A stretch of DNA of 12,630 bases from Pseudobdellovibrionaceae bacterium. Lineage in GTDB: Bacteria; Bdellovibrionota; Bdellovibrionia; Bdellovibrionales; Bdellovibrionaceae. The notes beneath the pieces were generated by a model, which saw nothing but the letters and a program-made list of their open reading frames with translations, made no database searches and had not been told where the DNA came from. The position numbers were made by a program, and so were the translations under genes. Numbering within the stretch: the first letter of the stretch is position 1; each line of letters starts with the position of its first letter. Positions 1-7,472 of this stretch are shown here, piece by piece. The DNA is taken from assembly GCA_039810425.1 (NCBI GenBank), contig JBDHWW010000071.1, positions 1 to 12,630 of the forward strand, written 5' to 3'.

Positions 1-189
1 TCTTTCAAAGCTTAAAGGGAGGTCCCTGAAAGGCCTTTTTGATCTTCGCCCTTTTACTAAGATTTTATCTTGGGGGAAGCAGTTTAAAGCCGTGGTCGCC
101 TATCATGAACTCAATGATTTAGAGGGGCGTGGGCTGCTGGTGAGAAAGAAGAAGCCGAAACGCCCGGGATAATAGTGGCTGCGAGGCCC
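1..189 (+). repeat. Left copy of a ~189-bp inverted repeat shared with the other window end (12442-12630)
   Basis: Manual alignment with the reverse complement of 12442-12630: nt 1-77 identical, 15 mismatches in 189 nt, no gaps. Similarity stops abruptly at about nt 190. Confidence 0.97.
2..172 (+). mobile_element. C-terminal 56 aa of a putative Y1 (HUH) transposase, IS200-like/RAYT-like; truncated by the window edge
   Basis: Frame 2 is open from the edge: LSKLKGRSLKGLFDLRPFTKILSWGKQFKAVVAYHELNDLEGRGLLVRKKKPKRPG* (TAA 170-172). FDxRPFTKILSWG..F..V.AYxxxN resembles the C-terminal strand plus catalytic-Tyr helix (YxxxN) of Y1/RAYT transposases, recognised from memory. The HUH motif would lie outside the window. 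Confidence 0.7.
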
Positions 190-211
190 CGCCCGCGACT
201 CAGCAGAAAGT

Positions 212-838
212 CTACTGACTCGCTGTTTTTCGAACAGGGCGTTTCACTTGCTTGTGCAACGTCTTCGTCAAGAGACGTTTTTTAAATTTGTAGGTATACT
301 CTGCGTGAGTTTTCTTTAAAAGATCCGTGCGCGCGCCACTGAAATCAAGTTTCGCCGCGACTTCCTGAATACACTTTTGAATCTGATTATCATCAATGTC
401 CGTCGATTTAATTGCGGTATCCATGATACGACCATCGGCACCGATCATCCAAATCACCGTGGCATGAGTGCCCTGAAACTGCCGCGGGTTCTTTGCGACA
501 CAGCCATGAACCAAATTGGCGCTGGATTGAATACGCGATAAAATCGCTTGTTGACGTCGCTTATTTTCAGCAACGATTTTATTATCCATCGCTTGGGCTT
601 CATAAGCCGGCATGATGTCCGGAGTCGTCGTCGAGAATTCGTCTTTTACTTTATCTTCATTTTTTTTCTGTCTTTCGATGGTTTTCGAAAGTTCATTTTT
701 CTTATAGGCACGATCCAAATCGTCGTCCTCATAAGGCGACCGTGCATCTTTAAAAAAGCCATCATCAGTTTCAAGGGCTGATTCTGCATGAGCAACGGCA
801 GACAGGGCTAACACCATGATGTACATGAAGATTTTCAT
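212..838 (-). CDS. Secreted protein with an AgmX/PglI C-terminal (TonB_C-like) domain, 208 aa
   Basis: Start moved to ATG 838, which follows an SD-like GGGGGAG and gives signal peptide MKIFMYIMVLALSAVAHA. C-terminal C..KNP...G...V.W.I.ADG.I....IKST...D..I.KCI......LDF pattern is typical of AgmX/PglI domains. Basic tail. Confidence 0.72.
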   Translation of the reverse strand: MKIFMYIMVLALSAVAHAESALETDDGFFKDARSPYEDDDLDRAYKKNELSKTIERQKKNEDKVKDEFSTTTPDIMPAYEAQAMDNKIVAENKRRQQAILSRIQSSANLVHGCVAKNPRQFQGTHATVIWMIGADGRIMDTAIKSTDIDDNQIQKCIQEVAAKLDFSGARTDLLKKTHAEYTYKFKKRLLTKTLHKQVKRPVRKTASQ

Positions 839-858
839 ATTCTCCCCCACAGAGTTCC

Positions 859-884
859 TTATCGACAAGTATATCAATCCTATA
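859..884 (-). promoter_or_regulatory. Possible sigma28 (FliA)-type promoter for the AgmX/PglI-domain gene
   Basis: Minus strand reads TATA-N14-GTCGATAA (consensus TAAA-N15-GCCGATAA). The -10 box is a 7/8 match 20 nt upstream of the ATG. The spacer is one nt short. Confidence 0.4.
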
Positions 885-1021
885 GAGGGGAACCGGTGAT
901 TATTTATAATTTTTTTCTGCAGAATTTAAACTCGAAATGACGATATCCTGAACGTCTACATTTTAGACATTTGTAGAGCCGCATCAAGTGTGTGTGTTGC
1001 CCTGTAAACACCCCCCATGTC

Positions 1022-2548
1022 TCATTCCCACTCAATTGTTCCCGGCGGCTTACTTGTAACATCATAGACAACGCGGTTTACGCCACGCACTTGGTTGGTG
1101 ATGCGATTTGAGATCTCACGCAGAAGCGCAAAATCAAACGGATACCAGTCCGCAGTCATCCCGTCCATCGAAGTCACAGCTCTCAAGGCGAGCACATGGT
1201 CGTAGGTTCTGCCATCACCCTGGACACCCACTGTTTTTGCCGGAAGCAGGACGCAGAACGCCTGCCAGATTTCATCATAAATCCCCTTCTCGCGAAGAAA
1301 CGAAATGAACACCTCATCAGCTTCTTTGAGGATTGCTAATTTCTCTTCAGTGACTTCCCCCAGGCAGCGGATCGAAAGTCCCGGCCCCGGAAACGGATGG
1401 CGCCCCAACATGTCCTTCGGAAGACCCAGCTCCGCACCAATTTTACGAACCTCGTCTTTAAACAACTCCCGCACCGGTTCAACAAGTTTTAACTTCATCT
1501 TCTCCGGCAGCCCGCCCACGTTGTGATGAGATTTAATCGTGACGCTGCCACCAACCGACGACACACTTTCAATCACATCTGGATAGAGCGTGCCCTGTGC
1601 GAGATACTTAATGTTGATTTTATGGTCGTAAGATTTATCAAAGACCTCAATGAACACCCTGCCGATGGTCTTACGTTTGTCTTCCGGGTCGGTTTTTCCT
1701 TTGAGCGCCCCCAGAAACTCCCGAGAAGCATCCACCCCTTTGACATTAAGACCGATGGCCTTGTAAGCCGCAAGAACCTTTTCAAATTCGTTCTTACGAA
1801 GAAGACCATTATCGACAAACACGCAGTGAACTCTGTCAGGACCGAGAGCTTTTGTTAAAAGGGCCGCAACAACTGACGAGTCCACTCCGCCGCTCAAACC
1901 ACACAAAACATGTTCATCCGCACCCACACGGACCTTGATGTCTTTAAGAAGAACTTCCGCGATATGAGGCGCATTCCAAGTGGGTGTAGCCCCACAGAGT
2001 GTGTGTGCAAACGCGCGAATGATTTCAGTACCTTTGAAGGTGTGACTGACTTCAGGATGGAATTGCAAGCCCCAAGCCCGCGGCCCCTTCATCGCCGCCG
2101 GATGACCCGAGTCAGAAACTCCGACGACCTGAAAACCCGGTGGGGCTTTCTTCACTGAATCCCCGTGACTCATCCAGACTTGCTGATCTGATGGAATCGC
2201 CCCAAAGGTCTCACGCCAAGCAACGCGGTTCAGTCCGTACTCGCGCTGTTCACTGCGCGCGACTTCGCCGCCCAACTGATGGGTTAAAAGCTGCATGCCG
2301 TAACAGATCCCGAGAACCGGAGCCACTTCAAGAAGCTCCTGGACATCCCGGCGCGGCGACTGGGGCTCATAAACCGAATTGGGACCACCACTCAGAATAA
2401 TCCCCAACGGCTTTGCATTTTGGATTTTTTCAATCGGATAATTAAAAGCGTGGATTTCTGAGTAAAAACCAATTTCACGCAACCGGCGCGCGATCAATTG
2501 AGTAAATTGCGAGCCAAAATCTAAGATCAAAAATCCCCGTTCAGTCAT
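1022..2548 (-). CDS. guaA: GMP synthase (glutamine-hydrolysing)
   Basis: LDFGSQFTQLIARR, GICYGMQ (catalytic Cys), QFHPEV, SGGVDS PP-loop, IKSHHNVGGLP, RHPFPGPGL and C-terminal SKPPGTIEWE. Confidence 0.99.
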   Translation of the reverse strand: MTERGFLILDFGSQFTQLIARRLREIGFYSEIHAFNYPIEKIQNAKPLGIILSGGPNSVYEPQSPRRDVQELLEVAPVLGICYGMQLLTHQLGGEVARSEQREYGLNRVAWRETFGAIPSDQQVWMSHGDSVKKAPPGFQVVGVSDSGHPAAMKGPRAWGLQFHPEVSHTFKGTEIIRAFAHTLCGATPTWNAPHIAEVLLKDIKVRVGADEHVLCGLSGGVDSSVVAALLTKALGPDRVHCVFVDNGLLRKNEFEKVLAAYKAIGLNVKGVDASREFLGALKGKTDPEDKRKTIGRVFIEVFDKSYDHKINIKYLAQGTLYPDVIESVSSVGGSVTIKSHHNVGGLPEKMKLKLVEPVRELFKDEVRKIGAELGLPKDMLGRHPFPGPGLSIRCLGEVTEEKLAILKEADEVFISFLREKGIYDEIWQAFCVLLPAKTVGVQGDGRTYDHVLALRAVTSMDGMTADWYPFDFALLREISNRITNQVRGVNRVVYDVTSKPPGTIEWE

Positions 2549-2549
2549 T

Positions 2550-4016
2550 TTAGTTTTCCAGTCTGTAGTTAGGCGCCTCTTTCGTTATACTCACATCATG
2601 CACGTGGGACTCGCGAAGCCCCTGCGCACTGATCTGGACAAAGCGGGCTTTCCTCTGCAACTCATCAACATTGCGGGCTCCCAAGTAACCCATCCCCGAC
2701 TTCACGCCACCAACTAGCTGGTGAATAATCCCCGTCGCCGACCCTTTGTAAGGAACTTTTCCTTCGATTCCCTCTGGAACAAGTTTATCCTCGTCCGTGA
2801 TGTCGTACTGCGCATAGCGGTCTTTCGACCCTTTTGACATCGCTCCGAGACTTCCCATGCCACGATACACTTTGTATGTACGGCCTTGATACAAGATCGT
2901 TTCGCCCGGGGACTCTTCGGCCCCCGCCAGCAGATTACCGATCATTACTGAATTCGCCCCCAGCGCGAGCGCTTTGGTAATATCACCCGAGAATTTAATG
3001 CCGCCGTCAGCGATAACCGTTTTGTTTTTCTTCGCCGCCGCTTTCGCGCACTCGACAACTGCCGAGATCTGCGGCATTCCGACACCCGCCACAACACGCG
3101 TTGTACAGATACTGCCCGGCCCAACGCCGACTTTCACCACATCCGCTCCGGCGCTAATCAGTGCGAGCGTTCCGTCTTCAGTGACAACGTTTCCAGAGAC
3201 GATGATCACGTCTTTGTATTTTTGCGCGATGTACTTCACCATTTCAATAACGTTGCGCGAATGCCCGTGGGCGGTGTCCACACAGAGCACATCCACCTTC
3301 GCCGCAATCAAGGCATCAGCACGGTCTTTAGAATCTGCGCTCACGCCGACGGCAGCGCCGACCAAAAGACGGCCATGACTGTCTTTTGTCGCTTGCGGAT
3401 AAGCTTGAGCTTTCTCGATGTCTTTAATTGTGATGAGACCCTTGAGTTTAAAATCCTTATCCACGACCGGCAGTTTTTCAATTCGATGTTTCTGCAAGAT
3501 CTTTTTTGCTTGCTCAAGCGTCGTCCCCACCTCTGCCGTCACAAGCTTATCCTTGTGGGTCATCAGATTCTTAATCGGTTGATTGACGTTTGTTTCAAAA
3601 CGCAAATCGCGATTGGTAAGGATCCCGACAAGCACCTTGTTCACCGTGATCGGCACGCCGCTAATAGAGTACTTCGCCATGATATCAAGCGCCTCTTGCA
3701 CCATTTGATCCGGACCGAGAGTGATCGGATCCTGGATCATGCCACTTTCGTATTTTTTAACTTTCTCCACCTCAAGGGCTTGTCTCGCGATATCCATATT
3801 CTTGTGGATAATCCCAAGACCACCCATCTGAGCCATGATGCGAGCCACGCGGTTTTCCGTCACGGTGTCCATCGCCGCGGAAATGATCGGTGTGGTGAGG
3901 TACACATCGCGCGCAAACAGCGCTTTCGGCGTTACTTCCGACGGAATAATGTCAGAGTACTGGGGAATCAACAGAATGTCATCGTAGGTCAGTGCGTATG
4001 GAATAGTTTGATCCAT
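2550..4016 (-). CDS. guaB: IMP dehydrogenase with CBS pair
   Basis: SAAMDTVT, DTAHGHS, VGVGPGSICTTR (catalytic Cys), IADGGI, YRGMGS, PEGIEG, ESHVHD. GGAGG SD upstream. Stop lies 1 nt before the guaA ATG. Confidence 0.99.
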   Translation of the reverse strand: MDQTIPYALTYDDILLIPQYSDIIPSEVTPKALFARDVYLTTPIISAAMDTVTENRVARIMAQMGGLGIIHKNMDIARQALEVEKVKKYESGMIQDPITLGPDQMVQEALDIMAKYSISGVPITVNKVLVGILTNRDLRFETNVNQPIKNLMTHKDKLVTAEVGTTLEQAKKILQKHRIEKLPVVDKDFKLKGLITIKDIEKAQAYPQATKDSHGRLLVGAAVGVSADSKDRADALIAAKVDVLCVDTAHGHSRNVIEMVKYIAQKYKDVIIVSGNVVTEDGTLALISAGADVVKVGVGPGSICTTRVVAGVGMPQISAVVECAKAAAKKNKTVIADGGIKFSGDITKALALGANSVMIGNLLAGAEESPGETILYQGRTYKVYRGMGSLGAMSKGSKDRYAQYDITDEDKLVPEGIEGKVPYKGSATGIIHQLVGGVKSGMGYLGARNVDELQRKARFVQISAQGLRESHVHDVSITKEAPNYRLEN

Positions 4017-4071
4017 GAGAGGCCTCCGCTGTTGGGTATGGAATTTTGGGATGGCCTATTCTGTCACGGAC

Positions 4072-4098
4072 AAAGAAAAGACATCAATGCTTTTCTTT
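4072..4098. terminator. 9-bp AT-rich inverted repeat at the end of the gamma-CA gene (possible weak terminator or operator)
   Basis: AAAGAAAAG (4072-4080), 9-nt loop, CTTTTCTTT (4090-4098). Overlaps the stop codon at 4097-4099 and lies upstream of guaB. Confidence 0.3.
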
Positions 4099-4618
4099 AC
4101 TGATTCTCTTTCTCGTACCAGGTTTTATAGAGGAGGTAATTGTCCGCCGAAAGACCCAGTGCTTTGATTTCTTCCGCTGTCAGCTCTCTCTTTACTTTTG
4201 CGGGCCGGCCAATGATCAAACTCCGCGGCGGGAAATTTGCGCCCTCGGTGACCAAGGACCCCGCCCCGACGATGCACTGCTCGCCCACCACAGCACCATC
4301 CATCACGATACTTCCCATCCCGATCAGCGATTCCCGGCCAATCGTGCACCCATGAAGAGTCACTTGATGACCGATCGTAACGCGATCATGAATCGTACAG
4401 CCGTATTTTCCGTAAGTCCCATGCAAAACCGAGCCGTCTTGAACATTGGCCTCATTGCCAATTCGAATCGGCATCACATCCCCACGGATTGTCACGTTGT
4501 ACCAAACCGAAGAGCCCTTACCAATTTTGACGTCGCCGATGATTCTTGCGCTGTCAGCGACAAACACATCGCTGGCAACTTCAGGTGTAAAACCCCGGAC
4601 ATTGATGGAATTTTTCAT
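4097..4618 (-). CDS. Gamma carbonic anhydrase family (YrdA/PaaY-like) left-handed beta-helix protein, 173 aa
   Basis: Start moved to ATG 4618 (GAGG SD), which removes the overlap with the upstream gene. Hexapeptide repeats (IIGDVKIG, IRGD, NVQDGSVLH, TIGHQVTLHGC) include three metal-binding His. GRPAK motif. Confidence 0.95.
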   Translation of the reverse strand: MKNSINVRGFTPEVASDVFVADSARIIGDVKIGKGSSVWYNVTIRGDVMPIRIGNEANVQDGSVLHGTYGKYGCTIHDRVTIGHQVTLHGCTIGRESLIGMGSIVMDGAVVGEQCIVGAGSLVTEGANFPPRSLIIGRPAKVKRELTAEEIKALGLSADNYLLYKTWYEKENQ

Positions 4619-4692
4619 AGCGACCTCGAAAATAATATTATGATACGCTCTCGGGGTTTTCACTACGATGAACCACCCATCGAGGGTGCGAT

Positions 4693-5268
4693 TTACATAA
4701 TGTAAGAATGATTTTTCTGAATAATGCTCGGATGAGCTTGGATATTGGCGCTCACCCCGTCCATCTCCGCATTCATCACCCGGCTCTTTGCGATATACTC
4801 TTTCGAAGCATAAATCGGAATATCCAAGTGTAAACAAAGGGACATTACTTCATCCGCGCGGATCTTTATTGAATCCTGAGTGGGATGATTTTTCAAAAAC
4901 AGGCGAACGAATTGAAAGTGACCCTTCAACTCGACAAACACGCATCTTTCGATCTCGACGTGCAATGTCTCTAACAACAACTCGGTAAATCTATGCGGAG
5001 TCGTCGGTGCCAACGCTTTATTAGCCTGGCTAAGCGCGACACCGGCCTCGAGTGGGTTTACAGCCACCGGCAACGTGTATTTATGTTCCTCGTCTTTGAG
5101 GAGCAAAAAGGGGCGGGCGAAATCCGTACTGACGGACAGGCCAAAGGGCTTTAGGCGTACGAGGTCTTGCTCCTTAAAGTTTTTCTCTTCCGCCATGGAG
5201 TTTGAAAAAACAATCTGAGAGTCTGCTTTTTCTGCATTGAGCACTTGCGTTTGCTTCATCAACTTCAC
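4693..5268 (-). CDS. DUF151 / bifunctional nuclease (BFN) domain protein, divergent
   Basis: GTG start with AAAGGAG SD, 8 nt after the miaB stop. PFLLLKDE...LPVAV..LEA...PH.F...LL......IE...FVEL...F..RL.L......I.IR....SL......PIY matches the DUF151 scaffold. Confidence 0.8.
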   Translation of the reverse strand: MKLMKQTQVLNAEKADSQIVFSNSMAEEKNFKEQDLVRLKPFGLSVSTDFARPFLLLKDEEHKYTLPVAVNPLEAGVALSQANKALAPTTPHRFTELLLETLHVEIERCVFVELKGHFQFVRLFLKNHPTQDSIKIRADEVMSLCLHLDIPIYASKEYIAKSRVMNAEMDGVSANIQAHPSIIQKNHSYIM

Positions 5269-5276
5269 CGTCTCCT

Positions 5277-6689
5277 TTAGTTAGGAAGAACCTCTACGAG
5301 TTCCCCACGCAGAACCGCTGGGTAGGCTTTCGTGATCTTCACAGGCACCGTTTTGCCGATCAGATCAGCGGATCCCAAGAAGTGAACCAGTTTATTTTCT
5401 GGTGAACGTCCTGAAACCTTGCCTTCAGTCGACTCCGCTTTTTCGACCAACACCTGCAATGTGAGTCCGTCGTAGCGTTTGGCAAGGTCAAACGCCATTT
5501 TATCGTGAGCATCAAATAGACGGTTCAAGCGCTCCGTTTTAATGTCCTCCGGGACTTGGTCTTCAAATTTCGCGGCCTTCGTAAATGGCCGCGGCGAGTA
5601 TTTGAAGGCAAAAATAGTTTCAAAACCAACTTCCTGAACCATGCGGATCGTATCCTGGAAATCCTCCTCCGTTTCCCCTGGGAAGCCCACGATAATATCC
5701 GTAGATAGCACGACATTTGGAATGGCTTTCTTGATCATCTTGATTTTTTCTAGATACTCTTCGCGCGTGTAACCACGGTTCATGCGCGCAAGAATTCGGC
5801 TATTTCCGCTCTGAAACGGCAAATGAATATATTCGCAAACTTTCGGCTGATTCGCGTACATCACATCGACGAGTTTCTGATTGAAATCCTTCGGATGCGA
5901 CGTCGTATAACGAACGCGTTCGATGTCTGTTTCCTTTGCTACTTTCTCAAGCAAATCCGCGAAATCCGCACCACAGTCGCTGTGATACGAGTTCACGTTC
6001 TGTCCCAAGAGCGTCACTTCTTTCACCCCCCGCTTTACCAGACCGCGGATATCCGCAAGCACATGTTGCAAGGGACGGCTCTTCTCACGGCCACGGGTGA
6101 ACGGAACGATACAGAAACTGCAGAAATTGTCGCAGCCCTTTGCGATATTCACGAACGTCGAAACCCCGGGATTTCTGACCAGAGTCTCCACATGGTAAGG
6201 AGCCCGGTGCTCCACTTTCGCGTTCACAACACGAGGCTTTTCCTGCTCGTAAACTTGAGCCACGAGGTTGGGCAAATTGTCGATGGTGTCTGTCCCGAAC
6301 ACGAAATCAATCATCGGTTGTTTTTTGATGAGATTTTCTTTTTCTTGCTGCCCCACGCAGCCGCCCACGCCGATGCGAACATCCGGATTTTTCTCTTTCA
6401 TTTTGCGGTAAGTACCAACTTCAGAATAAACCTTATGAACCGGTTTTTCGCGGATGCTGCAGGCATTGATGATGATCACCGACGCATCTTCCGGCTTTTC
6501 AACCGGCGTGAAGTTCGACATCTCAAGCAGACTGTACATACGCTCAGTGTCGTTCACGTTCATCTGACAGCCATAAGTGGAGATATAAACCCCGCGCCCC
6601 TGGCCGATATCCTGGTTTTGATCTTGAGAAAGGGAGTTTGCAACAACGCCTGTGTGGGCGCCTGTTGCTTGTGTTGAAGTATGTTCCAT
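5277..6689 (-). CDS. miaB: tRNA-2-methylthio-N6-dimethylallyladenosine synthase MiaB
   Basis: TYGCQMNVNDTE (UPF0004 domain), NACSIRE, radical SAM CDNFCSFC, PFTRGREKSR, LLGQNVNSY, TSHP, DIIVGFPGETEEDF, FKYSPRP and a C-terminal TRAM domain. Confidence 0.97.
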   Translation of the reverse strand: MEHTSTQATGAHTGVVANSLSQDQNQDIGQGRGVYISTYGCQMNVNDTERMYSLLEMSNFTPVEKPEDASVIIINACSIREKPVHKVYSEVGTYRKMKEKNPDVRIGVGGCVGQQEKENLIKKQPMIDFVFGTDTIDNLPNLVAQVYEQEKPRVVNAKVEHRAPYHVETLVRNPGVSTFVNIAKGCDNFCSFCIVPFTRGREKSRPLQHVLADIRGLVKRGVKEVTLLGQNVNSYHSDCGADFADLLEKVAKETDIERVRYTTSHPKDFNQKLVDVMYANQPKVCEYIHLPFQSGNSRILARMNRGYTREEYLEKIKMIKKAIPNVVLSTDIIVGFPGETEEDFQDTIRMVQEVGFETIFAFKYSPRPFTKAAKFEDQVPEDIKTERLNRLFDAHDKMAFDLAKRYDGLTLQVLVEKAESTEGKVSGRSPENKLVHFLGSADLIGKTVPVKITKAYPAVLRGELVEVLPN

Positions 6690-6745
6690 TTGGTGGATCC
6701 TTTGCTACTCAGGTCGACTGCGCCAGGCACAGCGTGGTCCAATTT

Positions 6746-6769
6746 CACATTGTGTCACAAAAGCTTTTG
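6746..6769. promoter_or_regulatory. Cluster of overlapping palindromes in the divergent region between miaB and the acidic hypothetical gene
   Basis: CACA-T-TGTG (6746-6754), TTGTG-T-CACAA (6750-6760) and perfect CAAAAGCTTTTG (6758-6769) within a 109-bp divergent intergenic region. Confidence 0.35.
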
Positions 6770-6798
6770 AGTTATAGAGGATCGCCAGGAGAAAAGCA

Positions 6799-7428
6799 AT
6801 GCAACCACGTCTTAAAACTTCAAAAAAATGGACGGCATTTCCTAAGGAATACACCGAGCAAATCGAGTCCGTTTTCCAAGAAAACTTTTCTGATCTGCTG
6901 GGCTCCAACAAGCTTGTGATTGAAGGCCGCATCTATCCGGCCGAAGTAATGCTCCGCGTCGGTCTTGCGCAACCCGGCCGTATCAGCCAAGCCAACTTCG
7001 AGGCCTCGATGGACTACGATCCTGAAAAAAAGGACGCTGTCGACCGCATCCATAACTGCATCGATGCGACGGCGTCGATGATGATGGACTACTTTGAATC
7101 CGACAGCGAGTCTGAGTTCCCGCGCACGTGGCAGGAATACCCGTTCAACGGAGGCAAAGTCTATTTACAATTCACAACCGAAAACACAGACCTCGAAGCT
7201 CAGGCCAATGCGCTTCTTGGTGTAGACGATGATTCTCTTGTTCTTGAAGATGAGCAGAACGAAGACGCTTTGGACCGCTCTGACGTCGATGAAACTCTAT
7301 CGCATGATCCAGATGAAGAGGACTTTCCGGAAGATGAAACTGAAGACGAAGAAGAGGACGGCGACGATTCTTCGGGGCCTCGCATGTTCGGCGGTGGCGG
7401 CAAAAAGAAAAAAGGCGATATGCACTAA
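6799..7428 (+). CDS. Hypothetical protein with a long D/E-rich tail, 209 aa
   Basis: AGGAG SD upstream. Fills the gap between miaB and psd. Globular-looking first ~140 aa, then an acidic low-complexity tract ending GGGGKKKKGDMH. Confidence 0.85.
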   Translation: MQPRLKTSKKWTAFPKEYTEQIESVFQENFSDLLGSNKLVIEGRIYPAEVMLRVGLAQPGRISQANFEASMDYDPEKKDAVDRIHNCIDATASMMMDYFESDSESEFPRTWQEYPFNGGKVYLQFTTENTDLEAQANALLGVDDDSLVLEDEQNEDALDRSDVDETLSHDPDEEDFPEDETEDEEEDGDDSSGPRMFGGGGKKKKGDMH

Positions 7429-7472
7429 TCGAGATCCGGCACGGGCGGGGTCAGCGCGGAACACGGCGGCCG

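Noticed and set aside
16..38. Palindromes AGGGA-GG-TCCCT and AAAGGCCTTT in the repeat
   Set aside because: Short and inside the transposase-like reading frame; no evidence of an independent role.
987..1017. GTGTGTGTGT run and GTGTT/AACAC stem after guaA
   Set aside because: Short microsatellite and 5-bp stem with no U-tract; insufficient evidence for a terminator or phase-variable tract.
3222..4103. 293-aa plus-strand ORF
   Set aside because: Antisense shadow of guaB with no recognisable motifs.
4674..4688. CACCC-N5-GGGTG hairpin after the DUF151 stop
   Set aside because: Only a 5-bp stem with no U-tract; too weak to call a terminator.
4046..4705. 219-aa plus-strand ORF
   Set aside because: Antisense to the gamma-CA gene, with no family features.
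4619..4837. 73-aa N-terminal extension of the gamma-CA ORF
   Set aside because: Overlaps the DUF151 gene. ATG 4618 has an SD and gives a family-typical length.
5823..6677. 284-aa plus-strand ORF
   Set aside because: Antisense shadow of miaB.
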